64,000 nt of DNA from Rhodobacter sp. (GTDB taxonomy: Bacteria > Pseudomonadota > Alphaproteobacteria > Rhodobacterales > Rhodobacteraceae): the NCBI GenBank assembly GCA_031425795.1, contig JANPJZ010000228.1:18-64017 (forward strand), given 5' to 3'. Within the stretch, counting starts at the first letter, position 1, and each line of letters begins with the position of its first letter. The translations under genes were made by a program, and so were the position numbers. Shown here piece by piece: positions 46,050 to 53,984 of this stretch. The notes under the pieces are model-generated. The model did not search any database, was not told the DNA's origin, and saw nothing but the letters and a program-made list of their open reading frames with translations.

Positions 46050-46360
46050 TGCACTACGGGCCAATCAAAATCAGCGCTACTGATGACCGTGTCGGGTCGC
46101 AGGGTGGGACCCTCAACGCGCAGCAGATCCCGTGCACCAAGGAGCAGGTGTTCGATGACGAATACCGATGCGACTTCACGGACACCCAGGCGGAGGAAAA
46201 GCTCCGCGCGGAGAGGCTCGAGCGGGAATACATCAAGCGCCGGATCCGCCGTAAACTGGCTGGGCTGGCGGCCCGTGAGGCCAACGACAAGCTGTGCCAG
46301 ACCCGCGAGTACCGGGAAGCCGCGTCGGCCCATGCGCTCGGCCACAGAGGTGCAAAATGA
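46049..46360 (+). CDS. Hypothetical basic protein
   Basis: TAATG coupling; contains CQTREYRE. Confidence 0.6.
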   Translation: MHYGPIKISATDDRVGSQGGTLNAQQIPCTKEQVFDDEYRCDFTDTQAEEKLRAERLEREYIKRRIRRKLAGLAAREANDKLCQTREYREAASAHALGHRGAK

Positions 46361-46569
46361 CGTTCTATGGTCAAAATCCCCGCCGCGACTACCGCCGCGT
46401 AAGCTCGCAGGACGGAACGCCGAACCTCGGGGTACCCGCCCGACTGCTTGGCCTGCGGAGGAAGTACCTGTTCTTGCTCAGGCTGCACAAGCGGATGAAG
46501 CACGACCGGAAATGCCAAACCCGCGAGTACCGAGAGAAGATGTCCCATGAAGCGAGGATGAAGAAATGA
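46357..46569 (+). CDS. Hypothetical basic protein
   Basis: ATGA coupling; second CQTREYRE copy. Confidence 0.6.
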   Translation: MTFYGQNPRRDYRRVSSQDGTPNLGVPARLLGLRRKYLFLLRLHKRMKHDRKCQTREYREKMSHEARMKK

Positions 46570-46832
46570 CACCGCGCCAACGAAAACAGAAACGCCGGCT
46601 GTTCATCAGGAAGTTGAACGCAGCGCTGCATCGCAACCTAGATGCCTACCTGACGCCACAGATCCGGAAAGCGGCAAAGGCCCAACACTGGAAACACTTG
46701 CACGCCAAGTGCCATTGGTTCCGGGCAGCTGATCACGCGGCTGTGGTGGCAGAGGCTGCTGCGTCTGTGGACAACATCGTGGTTATGCCGCTCCAATACT
46801 ATCGCCGGACAGCAGCGCCAAAAGGACTGTAG
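46566..46832 (+). CDS. Hypothetical basic protein
   Basis: ATGA coupling; followed by a terminator. Confidence 0.6.
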   Translation: MTPRQRKQKRRLFIRKLNAALHRNLDAYLTPQIRKAAKAQHWKHLHAKCHWFRAADHAAVVAEAAASVDNIVVMPLQYYRRTAAPKGL

Positions 46833-46837
46833 CACGC

Positions 46838-46872
46838 AGCCCGGCGGGAGCCGGGCTGCTTGCTTTTCTTTT
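46838..46872 (+). terminator. Terminator closing the + strand island
   Basis: gcagcccggc-ggga-gccgggctgc followed by ttgcttttctttt. Confidence 0.85.
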
Positions 46873-47587
46873 ACTTCGAGCGATTCAGCGGTGCGAACGG
46901 ACGGGGCGTAGTGGAAGGGGCCTTGATGGCCTCGAGCGTCGTGGCCGCCGCTGGGCCAAACACCTCGCGCAATGTCTGCCGTGCAAAAGCAGATAGGGCC
47001 GGCGAAACCATCCTGTTGTTCCGGGTATGCACGGTGGCGACAAGTGGACTTTCGGTGTCCATGCCAACGCGGAGCTTGACGCCCGCTTGGTTGAACTCGT
47101 GGTTCGTGCTCTGGTGATCGGTGTTCACCTGTAGGGCTCCGACCTCCACGGCCAGGGAGGCTGGTAGCACCCGTTCAAGGCGCCCCTTCGACTTCCAGGC
47201 CAGGTACGCGAGGCCCGCATGCGCAGCAGCATCCGGAAAGCAGATAAACTGCTCGCCTTCTGTGCCGCGTACGTGCTTGTTCTCGTGCTGCTGGAACGAC
47301 GCAGAAGCTGCCCGGTCTGCCAGAATATCCTTACCTGGTTTGTGGTCGTCCTTGTGCGCCAGGTCGCGGAACACTGCGGTCTTGCGCTGTTCCAGAGCCT
47401 CCGTCGCGAAGAAGGCGGTCTTCCGGAACTTCGGCTCAGCCTTGGCCAGGTCGCTGTAGTAGTGCGGGAACTCCCGCAGGTGATCCAAGGCTGTGCGCTT
47501 GGCGGCGGGCAGCGGCATGTTGTGCTCCGCATGCTCGTCTTTGGTGCCGGCGGCGACCTCTGCGGGCGGGATGTGCTCAGTGCTCAT
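46871..47587 (-). CDS. Hypothetical protein coupled to the RNAP gene
   Basis: ATG 47587 overlaps the RNAP 3' end. Confidence 0.65.
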   Translation of the reverse strand: MSTEHIPPAEVAAGTKDEHAEHNMPLPAAKRTALDHLREFPHYYSDLAKAEPKFRKTAFFATEALEQRKTAVFRDLAHKDDHKPGKDILADRAASASFQQHENKHVRGTEGEQFICFPDAAAHAGLAYLAWKSKGRLERVLPASLAVEVGALQVNTDHQSTNHEFNQAGVKLRVGMDTESPLVATVHTRNNRMVSPALSAFARQTLREVFGPAAATTLEAIKAPSTTPRPFAPLNRSK

Positions 47588-50500
47588 GCGTCGCTCCGCG
47601 ATTGAACGCAGTATCTCCCTCGGCGATCGGGCGGAAGAGCGCACCGTATGCCAGGCCCGGCACCGGGCTCCCGCTGCCGGTGAGGTCGCTCTTGCCGCCC
47701 ATGGCCGGCACCTGCTGCAGGGTGTCGGTCAGGCGCTGGAAGTTTAGGCGCTCCATCAGGTCGTTGGACCGGCGCAGTGGCAGGCCGTAGAGGCCGGGAA
47801 CGGTGGGCACCGCCTGGACACGCGGGTTCTTGGCCTTGCGGGCCAGGTAGTCGTTCTCGTGCAGCAGGTCGCCAGCGGCCAGGTCGTGCTCGCCACCGTC
47901 GTCGGTGATTTCGACCCAGCGCAGGGTGGCTGAGGCGATCACTTCGAGCACAGGGCGCCGAACCACGGCGCCCGAGGTAGCGTAGGCCTTCCGCGTCTCG
48001 TCGACGACGTACTGCTGGGCCGCCAGGTTGCCCTTCTTCGCCGCGATCTCCTGGGGCCGGTAGCTGCCGTCGGAGAGGGCGTCGCCGATCTTCACGTGGT
48101 CGCCAACCTTGACCTTCAGGGCCCGGCCGGTGCCAATGTAGTGGGCCGGCTCGGTCTCGCCGAGCTTGTCAGGGGTGACCGTGACGTAGTAGCCGCCCTG
48201 CGGGGCCGGCCGGATCTCCGTCACCTTGCCGTCGTGGTCAGCCAGCGTGCCCTGGTCCTTCAGGTCGTGCGGTGCCGTCAGCAGCTCGTTAAGCCGGGCG
48301 AAGCCCGCACTCATGCTGTCGCCGGACCCGACGGTGCCGCCCGAGTGGAACTGCTTCATGATGGCCTGGGTGCTGCGTTCAGAGAACGTCTGGCCATAGT
48401 CCAGGCCGATGTTGGCCCCGACCTCGTGCAGCTTGCCATCTGGCCGCGTGCCAGCGCACATCGAGCACGGCGGGGACATCGACTTGCAGGTCATGGCGCT
48501 GCGGACCTTGAAGTGCATCACCTTGCGGTCACGCAGCGTGGCCAGCATCTCGGGGGTCACCCGGTCGTTGCGCTTGAACGACGTGGTGGGGATCCCGTCG
48601 ACCAGGAACCGGTCGAGGAGGTCTGCATCGTGCCCTTTGACGCCTAGCATGTCCGTCTGGACCTCGATGCCCTCGTGAGTGCCGCAGTCGGCCTCCGTCA
48701 CGCGGATCGGGCCCATGTTGCCGGCGACGCTCTTGGCCAGGTAGCCAGGGAGCGCGGTGGCCAGCGAACGGGCCACGATACCGGCCCGGGCACCAGGGGT
48801 GGTGAGAACGTAATCGCTCGGGGCCATGCCCGAGCCGTAGCCGCTCTTGATTACCTGGGGGATGACCTTGCCAGCGACGTCGGCCACCAGCACAGGGCTA
48901 GCCATCATCTGCTGGTAGCTGTCGAAGCCGAGCTTGGAGCTGGGCTTCGAGGACAAGAAGATCGAGCCGCCCAGGCCGATGCCGTGGAGGTGGTCCGCGA
49001 TTGCGGCGCGCAGGCCCGGCTTCACGTCAGCCTCGAAGTTCTTGAGCGCAACGTCGCGCTTGCCCTTCAGGGTGGACTGCGCCGCGATGTCCCGCTCGAG
49101 CTGGTCGAGCAGGCGGTTGATCTTGGTCCGGTCCATGACCAGCTCATCAACGGTGGCCGTGATGCCGCCGGACCGTGCGCTGGCGGTGAAGCCAGCCTGG
49201 GCAATCCGCTTGCTCAGCATGTTGTAGGAGGCCGGATCCTTCTCAGCGATCTGCGTCAGCAGTGCCTCCAGCTTCTTGCCGTCGATGGGGCTCCCGGCCA
49301 GGCCAGCGTAATAGCGGGGCGGGAGCATCTCCTCGAGCATCAGCCATCCGATCTGCTGTGGCTTGCCGGCCACCGAGACGACGCTGTTCATCTTGAGGTT
49401 CTGCTTCGGGTCGTGGAAGGCCTTGAGCGCGTCGCCTACATCATCGAACTTCTTCCCGCTCGGCTGCCCGGGGCGGGTGAGCATGAACAGGCCCGTGATC
49501 ACGTCCTTATCCACCCCATAGGCGAGCGTGCGATCCTTGTCGTAGAACAGGTTGTTCGACGGGAGCAGGTTGTAGGCCTCCTTCTTCGCAGCATCAGTGA
49601 GCGGCACCGTGATGCTGGTGGTGTCGCCGTCGTAGTCCCCGTTGATGGGGCCCAGGAGCAGCGGGCTCGTCTTGATTTCCTTACCGGGGACCAGGCGCAC
49701 CTTGGCCGAGCTGACGCTCCACCGGTGCAGCGACGGCGCGCGGTTGATCATCACCAGGCGGTCCTGGATCTCGGCGTCCAGGGCGTTCTTGGCGCTCTGG
49801 GTCCGCTTCTGCACCTCGACCATCGCGTCGGCTGGCTTCCAGCCGCTCTGCACCAGGCGGCGGATGATGGCGGGCTCGTAGATCTTCCAGGCCATCAAGA
49901 TCGGGATACCGATCTCGTCGGGGCCCAGGGTGGCATCGGGCTCGATCGTCGACCGGCCCGTGTAATCGTTACGGCGGCGGGTGAGGTTGCGCTGGAACAG
50001 GCCCTCCTTGTTGGACACGCCCTTGATGATGTCGGCAAAGCCGCGCAGCTCTTCAGCGTCCCGGCGCTTGGTCATTGCTGGCGCTAGGCCGATGATGCCG
50101 GCGTGGGCGTCGTAGAGCGACAGGCGGGCCTGGGCCAAATCTGTAGCAGGAAGGCTCTTGTCCTTCTCAGCGCGCTCCACCAGCCCCTTGGTGAGCAGGA
50201 GATCGCGGTAAAGCAAGTTCGCATCTGCGACACGCAGGCCGCCATCCTTCATCTCGATGATCGGCCGGTACTTTGGTGGCACCACGGGCACCACAGAGGT
50301 CAGGTAGGCGTCGGCGGGGGACAGCTCCATGCTCTTCAGGCCACGCAGGTAGCGGGTGACCCGGTTCAGCTTGTTGCGGTCGGACCCGACGGCGGTCTTG
50401 GCCTTCTCCTTGGCCTCAGCCAGGCGCTTGTCGATGTCGAACGACAGCAGGTGCTTGAAGGCGGCCTCGCCGGTCAGCGTCTTGCCGGTGGGCTCTTCCA

Positions 50501-53500
50501 GGAGCTCGCCGGTCTTTGGATCCAGGTGCCGGGTCTCGCCGATCAGTCCGTAGAACTGCGCGGTCTTCAGGCCCGTGATGTCGCGGATGGCCTTCTCGAA
50601 CAGCGGGTTCGGCATCGAGCGGCCCAGCTCGATGTGGCTGTAGTGCTCGCCCTTCAGGCCACCCGTGACCTCCTCGTCGAACAGGCCACCCTTCTCGGCA
50701 GCCAGGTCTTTGGCCCGGATCAGCGACGCCCGGGTCACGGCGCCGTTCGACATTTCGCGGACCTTCTTGTCCGTCATGGGCAGGTAGTGCAGCGAAGTTC
50801 CATCTTTATGCGTGTCGATGCCCATTCCGTGCAGATAACTGCGGAACTTCTCGAACGCGAAGGGCACCTTCGGGGGTGGCGGAAGCTCGCCGGCCTGGTA
50901 GGCGTGCCAGAACTCGTCGTTCTTGGTGCCCCGGATGCCGGCGGACTCGGACAGGATGGCATGGGCGTTGTGGCCCAGCAGCGCGTAGGTCGTCAGGTGG
51001 TCGAAGCTCTGGCCGCCCTTGCCCTTGCCGCGCGTCGGCTCCTCGTCCATCGTGTAGCCGTCCCGGGTCCGGGCGCTGAACTTCTTGCGCACGGCGTGGT
51101 CCAGCTTGACGACGTAGTTGAAGCCGGTGGCGACTGGCTCCTCGAGGTCCTTGCCGGTGACAGGATCGTGGAGGATCTCGGCATGCTTCAGGCCGGCCTT
51201 CTTGAGCGCAGCAGCGATCTCCCGGGCATGATCGCGGCCGTCAAAGTTAGCGTGGTTGTACTCGACGCCGCCATCCTTCACCAGCTTGCCGGCGGCCTGC
51301 TCGATGGTCTGGGAGGGGTTGATGCGGCCGGCCACGCCGTGGGGGTTGAAGATTACCTGGATCGAGCGGCCCTTTTCGTCCGTCGGCATCTCGTGGTCCG
51401 GGATGATGGCGGAGATGGTGCCCTTGGCAGCGGAGCTCATGGAGAGCTTGTCACCGACCCGGCAGGGCTCTTCGGTCTCGAGGTGGACCTCGACGCGGTC
51501 CTTGTTTTTGAGAACGCGCACGACCTTGCCCTGGAACTCTTCGTCCCAGGCGAGGGCTGCGTTCACGTAGGGGCGCTCGAGGATCTTGTGGATCTCGCCG
51601 AGATTCTTCGAGCTCTTGTCCGTGGGGTCGTAGACGCGCTTGCGGACGGCCAGCACCAGGAGGTCGCCGGGGCTGACGATGGAGCCCGCCTTGATCAGGC
51701 CGTTCTCGTCGAGCTTCTCCAGGCTACCGGGCTGGAACACCGTCGGGAACTGGGCGATGAACAGCTTGCGGTTGACCTCGAGGCCAGCCATATCCAGGTA
51801 GGACCGGTGGACATGCTGGGACGCCAGGTGCTTCGCAGCGCTCTCGCTGATCGCGATGGCGTCCTCGAAGTTCGATGCGTTCTTCCAGGGCATGTAGGCA
51901 GAGAGCAGGTTGGTGCCCAGGGCCAGCTTGCCGTTCTTGGAGTAGTTCGAGTCCGCGAGCAGGTCGCCCTTCTTGACCATGTCGCCAACCTTGACGACGG
52001 CCTCGTGGTGGATGGCGACCTTGGCCTGCATCGGGTATTTGTCGAACAGCTCGTGCTTGACGTCCCCGACCCAGATGGCGTTCGGCTCGACCTTGGTGAC
52101 CTTGCCGGACACGGTGGCCCGGACGACGAACGACCGCGCGATGGACTCGAGCACGTCGCCGCCGGCGATGTCCTTCAGGCCCACCAGGGGGAGCTCGCGG
52201 TGGGTGAGCGGCAGCGCCTGGGTCAGGTGCTTACCGGCCATCATGCCGCGGTTGGGATGGGTGTGGGCGAAGAACAGCGCGGCGTTCGAGGTGTGGTCGA
52301 ACATCGACGCGCCAGAGGGGATGGCGTAGGTGACCGACTTGGCCGGGACGCTGACGACTTCGCCGTCCTTGATGGCACGGACGAGGCCAACCCGGGACTG
52401 GTTCCGGTCCTTCGGATCGACGCCTGCAGCGCGGTCGATAGCATCGTCTTTGGCGGCCTGGGCTTTGGTATACGAGATCGTGTCGCCGGTCTTCAGATCG
52501 AAGTATTCCGGGTACATGACGACTTCGTCGCTGGCCTGCTCGATCGAGAGGTACTTCGGCGCCGACAGGTTCACCTTCCCGTTGATGACGGGATAGTAGG
52601 GAGCCTTGAGGGTTTTGTCCTCGCGAATGACGTTGGCTGCAGCATGTGTTGTAACACCGATCTCGCTCCCTTCCGGGGTGTGGACGAGGTCAATAATATT
52701 AGAGGCTGTTGGGCGGAACAGACGGGCGCCCATCGTGATCGCGTGGCTGCTCTGGATGCCGCCTTCACCGGTCAGCGTCATCTTGCTCTGCTCGGACAGG
52801 ATCGCGAGCGGGTTGGCGGCTTCTGCAGTCGAGGCCAGGCCACCGGGCATGCCGCCACCGCCGCCGAAATAGCCGATCGTAGCACCGTTCAGCCAGGTGC
52901 CATTTCCGAAAATTCCGGAAATGCTGGAATCCTTGTCAGCCAGCCGCCGCAGCGTCTTGTTCTTCGTCATGCGCCAGTACTTGGCGATGCGCTCGGCCAT
53001 CAGGTCCTCGAGGCCGTGGGCGCTCTTGAACTCGGGGGCGTCACGGTCATCGGGTTCGACATCGCCGCGCTGGACAGCAAAGATCTGGCCGGCGGCCTTG
53101 AGCAGCAGCTCAGGGCCCACCTTGGAGATGGCCTTGCCGAGGGTCTTGCGGGTGACGAACGGGTCCACATCGCGGCCGTCCATCCACTGCTTGATGAATG
53201 CGACCTTGTCGTTGTAGCCCATCGCCGTGCTGACGGGCCGCTCGATGATGCCACCCTTCAGCAGGTCCTGGTCCAGCTTCGTCTTGGACACGGCCTCATA
53301 GAACTTTTCGACGTCCTTCACCATGGCGGCGTCGGTCATCTTGTTCATCTCGACGACCGCCCGGGCGTGTTCCGTGCTGCCGAGGGCGGTGGCCATCTCG
53401 CCTTCGCTGACGCCCAGGGCACGCATGACGGCGTACCAGGCGACATTGGTGGTGCCCTTGCCGAGCTTCAGCAGGCCCTTGCTGGGCTCCATCCAGATGG

Positions 53501-53948
53501 TGAGGCCACCACCCTTGAGGGGGATGAACGCCTCGTACTGGCCGTTGGCCATCTCGCGGGTGTAGCAGCCGGGCTTCAGGCGGGTCTGGGCGAACGGGGT
53601 GTACCAGTCGGCGCCCTTGACCATGGCGGTGCCCAGGCCGGTGTAGAGCGGCAGGTCGCCCAGGCGCACCTTCTGCTTCGTCTCCACGACCTTGCCGTCG
53701 CGCACCAACTGCACGTCGGCGTAGATCTTGGCACCCAGGGTCTTACCGGCCTGGCGGGCCTCCTGGTGGGCGATGCGGCCGATCGGATTGAAGTCGCCGG
53801 CGTCCACGACGACGTTGGTGGCCCGGGCCTCCGTCCGGCCGTCGGTGGTCTGCAATGGAAACAGCCCAGCCACAGCCGCTGCGACCGTCGTCTTCAGCTT
53901 CTGGTTGGCAGCATCGTAGGATGGCGTCGGCGCGATAGGCTCAGGCAT
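47577..53948 (-). CDS. rpoBC: Fused beta-beta' multisubunit DNA-dependent RNA polymerase
   Basis: beta: NFEDAI, GDKLS..KG, FNPHGV.GRIN, KLDH, GGQ; beta': NRAPSLH, NGDYDGD (49623-49643), GAR.G bridge helix, TQAIMKQFH trigger loop, Zn cysteines. Confidence 0.95.
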   Translation of the reverse strand: MPEPIAPTPSYDAANQKLKTTVAAAVAGLFPLQTTDGRTEARATNVVVDAGDFNPIGRIAHQEARQAGKTLGAKIYADVQLVRDGKVVETKQKVRLGDLPLYTGLGTAMVKGADWYTPFAQTRLKPGCYTREMANGQYEAFIPLKGGGLTIWMEPSKGLLKLGKGTTNVAWYAVMRALGVSEGEMATALGSTEHARAVVEMNKMTDAAMVKDVEKFYEAVSKTKLDQDLLKGGIIERPVSTAMGYNDKVAFIKQWMDGRDVDPFVTRKTLGKAISKVGPELLLKAAGQIFAVQRGDVEPDDRDAPEFKSAHGLEDLMAERIAKYWRMTKNKTLRRLADKDSSISGIFGNGTWLNGATIGYFGGGGGMPGGLASTAEAANPLAILSEQSKMTLTGEGGIQSSHAITMGARLFRPTASNIIDLVHTPEGSEIGVTTHAAANVIREDKTLKAPYYPVINGKVNLSAPKYLSIEQASDEVVMYPEYFDLKTGDTISYTKAQAAKDDAIDRAAGVDPKDRNQSRVGLVRAIKDGEVVSVPAKSVTYAIPSGASMFDHTSNAALFFAHTHPNRGMMAGKHLTQALPLTHRELPLVGLKDIAGGDVLESIARSFVVRATVSGKVTKVEPNAIWVGDVKHELFDKYPMQAKVAIHHEAVVKVGDMVKKGDLLADSNYSKNGKLALGTNLLSAYMPWKNASNFEDAIAISESAAKHLASQHVHRSYLDMAGLEVNRKLFIAQFPTVFQPGSLEKLDENGLIKAGSIVSPGDLLVLAVRKRVYDPTDKSSKNLGEIHKILERPYVNAALAWDEEFQGKVVRVLKNKDRVEVHLETEEPCRVGDKLSMSSAAKGTISAIIPDHEMPTDEKGRSIQVIFNPHGVAGRINPSQTIEQAAGKLVKDGGVEYNHANFDGRDHAREIAAALKKAGLKHAEILHDPVTGKDLEEPVATGFNYVVKLDHAVRKKFSARTRDGYTMDEEPTRGKGKGGQSFDHLTTYALLGHNAHAILSESAGIRGTKNDEFWHAYQAGELPPPPKVPFAFEKFRSYLHGMGIDTHKDGTSLHYLPMTDKKVREMSNGAVTRASLIRAKDLAAEKGGLFDEEVTGGLKGEHYSHIELGRSMPNPLFEKAIRDITGLKTAQFYGLIGETRHLDPKTGELLEEPTGKTLTGEAAFKHLLSFDIDKRLAEAKEKAKTAVGSDRNKLNRVTRYLRGLKSMELSPADAYLTSVVPVVPPKYRPIIEMKDGGLRVADANLLYRDLLLTKGLVERAEKDKSLPATDLAQARLSLYDAHAGIIGLAPAMTKRRDAEELRGFADIIKGVSNKEGLFQRNLTRRRNDYTGRSTIEPDATLGPDEIGIPILMAWKIYEPAIIRRLVQSGWKPADAMVEVQKRTQSAKNALDAEIQDRLVMINRAPSLHRWSVSSAKVRLVPGKEIKTSPLLLGPINGDYDGDTTSITVPLTDAAKKEAYNLLPSNNLFYDKDRTLAYGVDKDVITGLFMLTRPGQPSGKKFDDVGDALKAFHDPKQNLKMNSVVSVAGKPQQIGWLMLEEMLPPRYYAGLAGSPIDGKKLEALLTQIAEKDPASYNMLSKRIAQAGFTASARSGGITATVDELVMDRTKINRLLDQLERDIAAQSTLKGKRDVALKNFEADVKPGLRAAIADHLHGIGLGGSIFLSSKPSSKLGFDSYQQMMASPVLVADVAGKVIPQVIKSGYGSGMAPSDYVLTTPGARAGIVARSLATALPGYLAKSVAGNMGPIRVTEADCGTHEGIEVQTDMLGVKGHDADLLDRFLVDGIPTTSFKRNDRVTPEMLATLRDRKVMHFKVRSAMTCKSMSPPCSMCAGTRPDGKLHEVGANIGLDYGQTFSERSTQAIMKQFHSGGTVGSGDSMSAGFARLNELLTAPHDLKDQGTLADHDGKVTEIRPAPQGGYYVTVTPDKLGETEPAHYIGTGRALKVKVGDHVKIGDALSDGSYRPQEIAAKKGNLAAQQYVVDETRKAYATSGAVVRRPVLEVIASATLRWVEITDDGGEHDLAAGDLLHENDYLARKAKNPRVQAVPTVPGLYGLPLRRSNDLMERLNFQRLTDTLQQVPAMGGKSDLTGSGSPVPGLAYGALFRPIAEGDTAFNRGATHEH

Positions 53949-53954
53949 GGCAGG

Positions 53955-53981
53955 AGTATGGCCCCCGCCTTGCCCCTGCAA
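53955..53981 (-). promoter_or_regulatory. Promoter TTGCAG-N15-CATACT, leaderless (6 nt to ATG 53948)
   Basis: Member of the 15-bp-spacer class; supports ATG 53948 over TTG 53981. Confidence 0.7.
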
Positions 53982-53984
53982 CGC

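Noticed and set aside
47577-53948. Host chromosomal rpoBC or a eukaryotic giant-virus RNAP
   Set aside because: No ribosomal-protein/rpoA context, highly divergent motifs, a bacterial-type sigma alongside and phage structural neighbours.
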